A stretch of 64,000 nucleotides of DNA from a virus. Lineage: Duplodnaviria > Caudoviricetes. The position numbers and the translations under genes were made by a program. Every line of letters begins with the position of its first letter. The stretch's first letter is position 1. The stretch spans positions 128,001-192,000 of the IMG/VR virus record IMGVR_UViG_3300008740_000001. One strand, given 5' to 3'. The notes beneath the pieces were generated by a model. The model was given only the letters and a program-made list of their open reading frames with translations. It was not told where the DNA came from and did not search any database. Shown one piece after another: positions 37,739 through 46,800 of the stretch.

Positions 37739-39418
37739 ATGTCAGATTTTGACAAACTAGTAGAAAGTTTTTTAAAGCCACGAAGCACATTAGACTTTGG
37801 AACTTTAACATCGTTAGTAGAGGAGGTCCTTGACGAATGGCCATTACGGCAATTAAACGAAGAGGACATACCAGATGGGTCTTCCGGTGGGCGCTTCAGT
37901 GTGCACATCCCCATCCCCAAATTAGTCCCCACGGAAGCGTGGGGAGATCCCAGTTCGATGGCTCGCCAAGATATCGACAAGGTTTTCTCGGCAATTCGCC
38001 GTCAGGGATCGATTAAGGATCGCATTGCACATGTTAATTCTTTTCTAGATCCCGAACAGGCCCTAAAGAAAGCCCCCGGTGGAAAAGTAAACACCCTGCT
38101 TAGCATGATGCAGATCATTGAGTCTTTGCAAGCTACACTAAATGACTTCAACGAATCCTCTGCTGGGTTCGTTTTTGAAGGTTTTATGGCTGCGCTGACA
38201 CAGGGCCGACAGGAGGCCGGCCGCGTCGGCGGCACCCTGCCAATTGAAGATTTCATTACCAGTGATAACCGAAATGTAAGTTTGAAGCTGCTGAGTCCTA
38301 AGACTGCAATTCATGGCAGCTTTACCAACTTAGTTGACTATCTTTTTATTCGTGGAGGATCGGGGGTTGATTCTATTGACTATCTGGTTGCCTACAAAGA
38401 TAAGGAGGGAGATGATGTTTCACGTCTAGGAATTTGGGAATTTAAAATCAATCGTAAAAACCTCGTACCCATGCTGTCCAATTCAGGTAAGAAGAATGAA
38501 GGATTGCTGGGCGATCAGGCCGAAGCCTTGAAGACACACATCGCCAACTGGCAGGACTCTCCAGAGTGGCGCGTCGGCATGGCCAATATTCTGGAACAGA
38601 CCCCGGGCTATACATGGCAACGAGGCATGTTCAACAAGAACCTTGACTCTGCAGGAGCATTCGACGCCGGCGAGTCAGTTGAGGTTGGCGATGAAGAAGC
38701 TGATGACAAGATCAGTCCGTTCGATGCTATGGTCGGACGCGGTGAAACAACTTTAAAAATAAGACAGTTAGCAAACACAGCAGGCTTTGAACATTCTAGA
38801 GAAAACGGTCCAGATTTCGATGCATGGTGGGCAAGCATACCCTATGAAGAGAAATTGAATGCAGGTTTCGCGTCAAAGAGCACTAAGATGACCGACGCTG
38901 CCCGCGCAAGGTCGGATAAGAAGTATGGCGAGAGGCTACGCCCGGACTTCGATAGGGGGGTCAAGAAGGCAGAGGATACAATGGCTGGTAACGACGAAAT
39001 GGAGCAGGCGCCAGTTAGCGAATCTTATTTTGGCGAATTTCATGAAAGAGAAAAGCGGCTGATGGCTGAAGAGAACGCTTTGATGGAAAGCAACAAGGAT
39101 GGCACCGAGGCCGGTTCACAGTGGGGCTTGTCTGGCACTCACATTGTTTCATTATCGTCCGTACTAGAAACAGATTTTTACGGGCAACTCAATTTGTCTA
39201 GCAAGAATATCGAAGCAGTTGCTAAGATCTACATTGAAAAGCTCGGCAAAGACATGATTACTTTGTTACAGACAACCAAGGAATTTGCAGAGAACATCGG
39301 AGTTTACTTTACAGCAGAAGACCGCACAAGGGGCGCGGAAGCTAGTCGCCAAGCGCAGGACCAAGGTACCGCGATTGTTACGGCCCTCGCACAACGCCCA
39401 GAAGAAGACTCGGAATAA
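37739..39418 (+). CDS. Putative virion protein with a nuclease-like core
   Basis: Leader LVES/LVEE/LNEE; GFVFEGFMAAL...IEDF...SLKLL pattern. Confidence 0.5.
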   Translation: MSDFDKLVESFLKPRSTLDFGTLTSLVEEVLDEWPLRQLNEEDIPDGSSGGRFSVHIPIPKLVPTEAWGDPSSMARQDIDKVFSAIRRQGSIKDRIAHVNSFLDPEQALKKAPGGKVNTLLSMMQIIESLQATLNDFNESSAGFVFEGFMAALTQGRQEAGRVGGTLPIEDFITSDNRNVSLKLLSPKTAIHGSFTNLVDYLFIRGGSGVDSIDYLVAYKDKEGDDVSRLGIWEFKINRKNLVPMLSNSGKKNEGLLGDQAEALKTHIANWQDSPEWRVGMANILEQTPGYTWQRGMFNKNLDSAGAFDAGESVEVGDEEADDKISPFDAMVGRGETTLKIRQLANTAGFEHSRENGPDFDAWWASIPYEEKLNAGFASKSTKMTDAARARSDKKYGERLRPDFDRGVKKAEDTMAGNDEMEQAPVSESYFGEFHEREKRLMAEENALMESNKDGTEAGSQWGLSGTHIVSLSSVLETDFYGQLNLSSKNIEAVAKIYIEKLGKDMITLLQTTKEFAENIGVYFTAEDRTRGAEASRQAQDQGTAIVTALAQRPEEDSE

Positions 39419-39433
39419 TTTTAATAAACTTAG

Positions 39434-39531
39434 TTGCAAGTCATACAATACTAGGTTATAATAAAAGCAGACACTTCAAGTGATTAAAACAATAAAAAAT
39501 ACTTGAAAGTCGACTGATAACGTGTTATATT
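39434..39531 (+). promoter_or_regulatory. Tandem sigma70-type promoters for groEL
   Basis: TTGCAA-N17-TATAAT (39434) and TTGAAA-N17-TATATT (39503). Confidence 0.7.
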
Positions 39532-39552
39532 AAATTAAACTCGGAGGACTGA

Positions 39553-41130
39553 TTGTCAACGTTTAAATATGATTCAAATACTTCTCTTCACCAGAAGATC
39601 TTAAGAGGAGTTAATACTCTGGCCGACAATGTGGCCACAACTCTTGGACCCAAGGGACGCAATGTAATCTTGAAAGAAAAAGACAAGGCGCCATTCATCA
39701 CCAAAGATGGAGTAACAGTGGCCAGATTCGTCCATTTAGAAGACGCTTTTGAAGATGCGGCTGCACAAGTGATCAAGCAAGCCGCAATTGAAACAAACAC
39801 TCATGCTGGCGATGGCACCACCACCGCTACCGTTCTATCGCGTGATATGCTCATGGAAGCGCAGAAGTATCTCATGGCAGGGTGCAGTCCTGTTGAACTC
39901 AAGCGCGGCATGGACAAGGCTTCTAGGGCGGCTATTGAGCATCTTAGGGAGGCAGCAACTCCTGTCAAGACGATCAATGATGTAGAACAGATTGCAACAA
40001 TCTCCGCAAACAATGACAAGTTCATAGGTAAGCTTATTGCCACCGCCGTTGATAAGGTGGGCAACGATGGCTCGATTACGATTGAGGAGTCTCGAACGAT
40101 GGAAACTCATGTTGATATCATGGAGGGCTTTCGGTTTGATTCAGGTTATCGCGCCAACGCCTTTGTTACTGATGAGCGCCGAGCCACAATGAACTATAAC
40201 GATCCTTTGATCTTGGTGACAGACTATAAGATTGAAATGGTAGATGATATCTTACCAACACTTGAATTGGTTGCCAGAGAATCACGCCCGCTTATTATTG
40301 TTGCTGATGATATCGAAGGTCAAGCTCTCGCCGCACTCATCATGAATACGATGCGCGGGACCATGAAGGTTTCGGCAATCAAGGCGCCGAGATACGGCCA
40401 AGAGCGCCGAGATATACTGGGAGATCTGGCTCTGTCTGTGGGCGCCACAATGATTAGTCGCGCTTCAGGACTGAAACTCCGTGACGTTAAATTAACTCAC
40501 TTGGGCGCCGCCAAGACTGCTGAAAGTAGCAAGACCCACACCACCATTGTTGGCGGGCATGCCGATTACGCTGGAATTGAAACAAAGATCCAGTCCTTAA
40601 AGGCCGAGATGGAAGCAACCGAATCCCTTCCGGTATGCAAGACCATACAGGAGCGAATTACAAGACTCTCAAGCGGCGTCGGCGTTATCTATGTAGGTGC
40701 TCCCACACAGGTTGAGATGATCGAGAAGAAGCACAGAATTGAAGATGCGCTGGAAGCTGTCAAATCAGCACAGGTCGATGGCATCGTCACCGGAGGCGGC
40801 ACTGCTCTCCTTCGCGTTGCCAACGAGATCGCAGGCCAAATTGAGGTAGACAATGACGATCAGCGCCTAGGCGTTGACATTGTGCTGAAGGCGATGACTG
40901 CTCCTATTAGGCAAATGGCTCTTAATGCAGGGGTATCTCCAGATTTGATCGTAGAAAAGGTAACGTCTGCCTCGTATACACACGGCTACGACTTCAGAAG
41001 TTTGAAGCAGGTTGATATGATGCAGAGTGGGATTATTGATCCCGTGAAAGTGACCACCACTGCGCTGCAAAATGCAGTTTCGGCTACGGGCACGCTCATA
41101 ACAACAAATTATGCCATTATTCAACGTTGA
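39553..41130 (+). CDS. groEL: Chaperonin GroEL/Cpn60
   Basis: TLGPKGRNV, ITKDGVTVA, AGDGTTTATV, GGGTALL, GIIDPVKV; no GGM tail; TTG start after GGAGG. Confidence 0.95.
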   Translation: MSTFKYDSNTSLHQKILRGVNTLADNVATTLGPKGRNVILKEKDKAPFITKDGVTVARFVHLEDAFEDAAAQVIKQAAIETNTHAGDGTTTATVLSRDMLMEAQKYLMAGCSPVELKRGMDKASRAAIEHLREAATPVKTINDVEQIATISANNDKFIGKLIATAVDKVGNDGSITIEESRTMETHVDIMEGFRFDSGYRANAFVTDERRATMNYNDPLILVTDYKIEMVDDILPTLELVARESRPLIIVADDIEGQALAALIMNTMRGTMKVSAIKAPRYGQERRDILGDLALSVGATMISRASGLKLRDVKLTHLGAAKTAESSKTHTTIVGGHADYAGIETKIQSLKAEMEATESLPVCKTIQERITRLSSGVGVIYVGAPTQVEMIEKKHRIEDALEAVKSAQVDGIVTGGGTALLRVANEIAGQIEVDNDDQRLGVDIVLKAMTAPIRQMALNAGVSPDLIVEKVTSASYTHGYDFRSLKQVDMMQSGIIDPVKVTTTALQNAVSATGTLITTNYAIIQR

Positions 41131-41158
41131 ATCGTTTCAGAAGACTACTTAAAGTGCC

Positions 41159-41455
41159 ATGCCAGATTTTAATGATCCAAATAACAAAGAAATCGAAATA
41201 GATCTTGTCCAATTGGGCGCCCAACTCCAGCGTTTAGTTGACGCAGTTGAGGTTGTCAAAGACCGGCAAGAACAGATGGCTGAAGACATAGGAAAGATAA
41301 AAGAGGCTGTGTACAATCCCGACCAAGGTCTCTACGCACGTCTAAAATCTTTAGAGGCTTGGAAGGAAACTAGCACGCGCTTAACGTGGATTATTGTTAC
41401 CACTCTTGCTGGCCTTGCAACCGCCACTTTGTGGAATATGGTTATTAATCAATAA
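41159..41455 (+). CDS. XhlA/holin-like membrane protein
   Basis: Coiled-coil N-terminus and a single C-terminal TM helix (LTWIIVTTLAGLATATLW). Confidence 0.5.
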   Translation: MPDFNDPNNKEIEIDLVQLGAQLQRLVDAVEVVKDRQEQMAEDIGKIKEAVYNPDQGLYARLKSLEAWKETSTRLTWIIVTTLAGLATATLWNMVINQ

Positions 41456-41461
41456 AAAGGC

Positions 41462-41490
41462 TTGACGCCTTGTTAACAATGTGTTATATT
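41462..41490 (+). promoter_or_regulatory. Sigma70-type promoter
   Basis: TTGACG-N17-TATATT. Confidence 0.78.
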
Positions 41491-41507
41491 AAATATTAGG
41501 AGTATAT

Positions 41508-41918
41508 ATGTCAACAAAACAACAAAGAGTCAATGTACAGTACTCGGTAAAACTGGAAGAAGTTCCTAAGTTGGTGTTGGAGTTACTTAGAGAAGTCCAT
41601 TCTAACTTGGAGCAAGCCATCCCAGCCGATTGGTTTGAGGCAATTCAAACTCAGGCGACAGATTATCAGAATTATTCATATGGAGCATCGAAGATCAACG
41701 AACTTAGGCTTTTGTTAGCAGAGGCCGATTACCGCTTGTCTGATTGTCAGGCAATGCTTACGGGATTGGCCCAGCTAGAAGCCTCTGGAGACGCAGCCCA
41801 GCCTGAGCTACCAGACATCGAGAATCGAGTTTCGGATCTAGAAGCCGCTACTGCGGTAACGGCTGAATATACGCAGCCGGGCGAGTTGGAAACCCACTCT
41901 GGTGATCTCAATGAATAG
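41508..41918 (+). CDS. Hypothetical protein
   Basis: AGGAG SD; helical ORF. Confidence 0.55.
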   Translation: MSTKQQRVNVQYSVKLEEVPKLVLELLREVHSNLEQAIPADWFEAIQTQATDYQNYSYGASKINELRLLLAEADYRLSDCQAMLTGLAQLEASGDAAQPELPDIENRVSDLEAATAVTAEYTQPGELETHSGDLNE

Positions 41919-42201
41919 ACCACAGTGGACCACGGGTGATTTAGTATACATTCCCTCGAAGACTAGCTTAGTGAGCCTGACTCAAACTGCTGAAACGGGC
42001 ATGCAGTCGGTCGAGACGTTTAAAGAGCTAGCGGTACCAGCAACAGTCTTGGTCACGGGCTATTCTACGCGCCACGATATGTACGAGGTGGTTTTTCAGG
42101 GTGCAAAGTGGCTTGTGGGGACCAAGGACACCTATCCCGCCCCAGAAATTAACAAGATTAAGGAACAGCATGATGGCAGCACAAATTGTCAAGTTCGTTG
42201 A
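41911..42201 (+). CDS. Small SH3-like protein
   Basis: WTTGDLVYI N-terminal strand. Confidence 0.5.
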   Translation: MNRPQWTTGDLVYIPSKTSLVSLTQTAETGMQSVETFKELAVPATVLVTGYSTRHDMYEVVFQGAKWLVGTKDTYPAPEINKIKEQHDGSTNCQVR

Positions 42202-42469
42202 AATAGTACAGAATCATTCGGCAGTGGGGGACAGTTATAATCTGCGTGAAGTGTTCATCAACCCAAACCATATCGTATATATCCGAGATGAGCCGCATAT
42301 GAAGCAAAGGCTAGCAGAGGGTAAGCTTGAAGGAATTGATCCGAGACAAGAGTTTACTCGGATTCATCTTAATCGAGGCAATTCGGGCCTAGACATCACA
42401 GTTGTTGGGGATGTAGCTGCTGTTAATGAGAAGATTCGACCCGGCCAGCAAGAATTGTTGCGAGGGTAG
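42170..42469 (+). CDS. Hypothetical protein (weak FlbD-like pattern)
   Basis: VFINPNHIVYI...V.GDVAAVNEKI. Confidence 0.45.
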   Translation: MMAAQIVKFVEIVQNHSAVGDSYNLREVFINPNHIVYIRDEPHMKQRLAEGKLEGIDPRQEFTRIHLNRGNSGLDITVVGDVAAVNEKIRPGQQELLRG

Positions 42470-42470
42470 T

Positions 42471-42764
42471 GTGCTATATCACTATCATATATATGCAAAA
42501 GCCAAGTGTCCATACTGCGTAAAGGCAATTAACCTGTTACACGAGATGGGCTACGAGTTTGTATTAACATTAGTTGATAACTCCCCCGAATACTATCACA
42601 AGCTTAAACAGAAGTATGAACATCCGACTGTGCCAATGATAGTAGAGCGCTCCGTCGCGGGCGATGAGTGGTTTATTGGCGGTTGGTCGGATCTAGAAAA
42701 ACATTTTGCGGATTACCTAAATGACGATAGCGATACAGAAGTCTCCCCTAACATACCCGTATGA
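42471..42764 (+). CDS. Glutaredoxin
   Basis: CPYC, TVPMI, FIGGWSDL. Confidence 0.9.
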   Translation: MLYHYHIYAKAKCPYCVKAINLLHEMGYEFVLTLVDNSPEYYHKLKQKYEHPTVPMIVERSVAGDEWFIGGWSDLEKHFADYLNDDSDTEVSPNIPV

Positions 42765-43497
42765 TCGCCCCCGCGTGGGCACTTTGTTATCCGAATATAT
42801 TCCGACAGGCACAGCTAATATCATAACCCCATTTCTGGGTGGTGGCTCGCTAGAACTTTCGTTGGCCCATAGGGGCTACAGGGTCACTGGATGCACTGAT
42901 TTTCGATTACTGTATGACTTTTGGAAGTGCGTGCAAACAGATCCTGAAAGGGTCTATGAGATGGCAAAGAACTTTCATCCTTTTGAGGATAGCAAGTTAT
43001 TTTACGCACTCCAAAAGAAAGTGTATCAGCCGCATGATGAATTTCTCAGATCGGCTATTTTCTGTGTTTTGAATCTGTGCACAATAGAAGGCACTGCCAC
43101 GTCCGGAGTGTTGGAAAAAAACACGCCTAGATTTAATGATTTGCGACTGATGCAGCTGGCCCAATATGCGTGTGAGAACTTTCAGGTCCGGTTTAGCCAT
43201 TATGAAGAAACAATTTCTGCCACGGCAGAGCTTGCTAACACATATTTAATAGCTGCTCCTCCGCCACTAATATTGGGTGGGATGCCTGCAGCAGTCACAG
43301 TGCCAGAAAAGCCACAAATAGATCATATGAAGTTGTTTGAGTTATTGTCAAGCAGGAACAACTGGCTTCTCTTATATGATTATCACGAAAAGCTTAGTAA
43401 ACTCTACAAAGATCACAAGATCATTCTATTGAATGACGGCTACCGCGTTGTAACAAATCCACAGAAAGCAACGGGAGCCCTGATTGTTGGATCCTAG
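42721..43497 (+). CDS. Degenerate Dam (D12-class) adenine methylase homologue
   Basis: Motif I-like ITPFLGGGS retained; APPP at the DPPY position; C-terminal DH..L...WLL.YD...LY. Confidence 0.65.
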   Translation: MTIAIQKSPLTYPYDRPRVGTLLSEYIPTGTANIITPFLGGGSLELSLAHRGYRVTGCTDFRLLYDFWKCVQTDPERVYEMAKNFHPFEDSKLFYALQKKVYQPHDEFLRSAIFCVLNLCTIEGTATSGVLEKNTPRFNDLRLMQLAQYACENFQVRFSHYEETISATAELANTYLIAAPPPLILGGMPAAVTVPEKPQIDHMKLFELLSSRNNWLLLYDYHEKLSKLYKDHKIILLNDGYRVVTNPQKATGALIVGS

Positions 43498-43834
43498 AAT
43501 AATTTATGGTATGCTGTGCTTTGTCGCAGGCCACACAATAGCGTGGTTCCAAATCAATTCTCAGTTTGTATGGGGCTGGTGGAAAGACCGGCCCTTATTG
43601 GCAGTTTGCCTCTACTCGATTCCAGCCGGCATTTGTTTCTGGCATGGAGCCAAATTCATTTTTGAAGCTACGGATGAACTCTGGAGCGCTCGCTTCTTGG
43701 CGTTCACGGCATCTTATGTAAGTTTTCCGTTATTGACATGGTATATGTTGGGCGAGTCTTTTTTTACGCCAAAGACAATCGTTTGTAGTTTGTTGGCATT
43801 GACCATTGTATTACTTCAGGTCTTTTGGCGATAG
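43484..43834 (+). CDS. Small 4-TM membrane protein (DMT/SMR-like)
   Basis: Four hydrophobic helices in 116 aa; LGE loop. Confidence 0.55.
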   Translation: MLDPRIIYGMLCFVAGHTIAWFQINSQFVWGWWKDRPLLAVCLYSIPAGICFWHGAKFIFEATDELWSARFLAFTASYVSFPLLTWYMLGESFFTPKTIVCSLLALTIVLLQVFWR

Positions 43835-43845
43835 TTGACAAATTG

Positions 43846-43860
43846 TACTATTTATAAATG
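43846..43860 (+). promoter_or_regulatory. Putative late promoter motif TACTATTTATAAATG
   Basis: Identical to 29026-29040. Confidence 0.55.
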
Positions 43861-43885
43861 CAGATTTATATCGGAGTTGCATTAG

Positions 43886-46800
43886 ATGAAAAGTATGAAG
43901 AAGATCCTCGCTGAGTTTCGCGAGTATACCCAAAAAGTAAACTCTCTTGAGAAAGTAATCGAAGCCAGAAAAGCGAAACAAAAGCAACTGGGCGAAGATC
44001 GAGAAATTCTAGATGAAATTAGTTCGCAGTCCGCTGAGAAGATTTATGATTGGATGCGTGACACCGATGGCATGCCTTATGATTTCGAGGAGTTGTTTGA
44101 CGGCGCCATGCGGGTTTACTTTCCGCTAGCCTCCGATGACCAGATGAAGCTGGCTAAGGTAGTAAAAGAACTGAAATCGGCAAACTGGGGAGTTCCAGAG
44201 ATCGATATCGGCTATGGTCCACACAAGGCTTTCGAGACAAAAAAGGTAAAGCAAAAACTCCAGCGCCTTGCTGCAGATGGCGGCGGCGAATACGAAATTG
44301 AAGTCGATGTTGCTGACTTACGACTGGTGAGAAAGACGCAAAAAGTGATTCCTGCGGGCCCAAGAGCCGGCGAGACAGTTGAAAAGAAAGAAGAAACCAC
44401 TATGAGCAAGGCAATCGCTCGCTTAGTAAAAGGCGGCCAGCTTGATAAGGGAATGTATGAGTGGTGGCAAGCTAAGCAGGTTTTGTACACTCGCGATGGC
44501 CAACACAAGCAGATTGAAAAGGCTTTCAGCGGTGAAGATGGTTCGTCATATTCGGTGGTCGTTTCACGTCATCCGATTGATGTACTCCGCATGTCTGACA
44601 TCAGTAACATTCGCTCATGTCACTCTGAAGGCAGCGAATACTTCCACTGTGCGATTGCAGAAGCCAAGGGTCACGGCCCTATCGCGTATCTGGTGAAGAC
44701 GGAGGATCTGGAGAATCACTTGATGGACAAAGCGGACGATAGGAATCCGGTTCAGCAGCTTGGTCATGACCTCACATATTTAGACAGAGATGAATACCGA
44801 GAAAAGATCACAACAGAATATGATTTGGATTCCGTTCAGGGCCGCATGTTATACTTGGAAACATGGGCGCACACTACAGAGGGTGCAAGATGGCTAGCTA
44901 TGTTCGAACGAGATGTGAAAATGGCGTCTAAGCCAGATCAATTTCGTACTCAGAAATATCAGGCTATGACAATAAGGCTGGGCATTTTTGATGGAGGCGA
45001 GGCATTACGCGCCTATCACAAGTGGTGGAAATCAGACCGCGCACCCGGTGGGGTTGCAATTCATCTTGGTATGAACCAGCCTCCACCCGGCGTCTCAGAA
45101 AAAGATTGGAAAGAAGCATATGACGCGGTTTATAACAAGCCGGAAGAAAAGGATACCGGACTTAAGCCCTTATCGAATTTCGATGATCAAGAACTGTTCC
45201 GAGACAGAGACAGGAGAATTCAAGGCATCGGTGCAGCAGCACGAGTGCGCCTTCGCAAGTTTGAAGAGCCTATGCGATTCGGCACCTTTGCTGTGCCCGA
45301 GGTTCGTGTGTATGGCGCAAATGTGCCCGGCTTTGTTGATTCTGTCAAGGAATGGGCGGTCGAAGGTCAGCGTGATCAGTTCGTTGGTGACGATGGAGAC
45401 TTGGCATTTCCCCGCCGAGCAGATTTAACTCGACGCGGGGGCTCTTATGGAGATAATAGGGATGGAGATATCCTCAATAGGTTCTTTCGGAAAATGGCCA
45501 GCGCCGACGACGACGATAGCTGGCGGGAACCATACGATCCACATCAAGACGTATACAAAGACGACGACGATGAAGAGAACGAAATGGAACAGCGCTGGGA
45601 AGAATATGAGCGAGAAACAGAAGAGCTTAACGAGCATGCAAACAATACTCTTAAGCATTGTTACGCTAGCGGTCATGTTGACGGTGATGAAGAGCCCTAT
45701 GTCCATGCTGATGGCGGAGTTGAATATGAAATTGATCTAGGCTGGAAGAATTATGTTGAGGAAGATGGCAAGTATTATCCGGCCGACGCGAATGAAAACA
45801 TTATAGATGGCTTCGAGATCCCAAAGAGTTGGGGTGGAGACTGGGCAATCCGAAACGCTTTTGATGGCGCCCTTACAGATCCGGTGGATTATTACCCAGA
45901 GGAAACGGATTGGGAAATTGATTCCGGTGGAGATGGAGTGACTCTTCGCGTTCGCCATCGAATCTCCTGCGATGAATGTACCAATCCGCAGGAATTTGAG
46001 TACTTCATTGATATGATGGAGTCTGATATTGACGCCAACTATCGAGAAAATCTAGAGAAGATTCGCCGTAGCTTGGTCGAGGCAGAATATCTTGCCCCTA
46101 ACGATTGGGATAATTTAGAAGATGACTTTTCCGAAATGGAAGAATCGCTGAAGAACTGGAGTGTCATTGGGGTTGGCGATGAAGATGGAGAGGTGATTTT
46201 CTCACTTAATCCTGTTGATAGTCTCCCGGGCAGCAATAAGCTATTCACTGGCATCAAGTGGCCATATCCTTCTGGCTCACACATGTCGAACTTAACCACC
46301 TTACAGGGCTTGTTTGGTGGAACAACGGCAACTTTTGGAATCGAAAGGTATGTAAGCCTCAGTCCAAACGCTAACGAAAGAGGGGGATACTCCAGTGGGC
46401 AACAGGGACGAGGCGGCATGTTGTTCGCAAAGCGATTCAGGGGCTTGCAGCAAGCAGCCAATGAATATGCAAAACGTCAGCTAGATTTAGATTTTGGTCC
46501 AGAATACGAGAGAAAGGCGGATCCTTTAGTTGGCCTAGCCAAGAATATTGAACTGGGCATTACGCTGGGAACAAACGCTGCGAGCTATACTGAGTCAGAC
46601 GAGACGCTAGAGCTAGCCTTTCACATGAGGGTCAAGGTGTTCTCAGATCACACATCTGATGAGATTGAGGCCGCCTTTAATTTTGTGAAATATATTGATG
46701 CCAACATGTCTCTTCTAAAAGAGGTAGTTGTTGCTGCTTTTGACGACGAGATCATAGCATGGCACGAACAGCGTAAGGCTGACGAACGTGCGATGACAGA

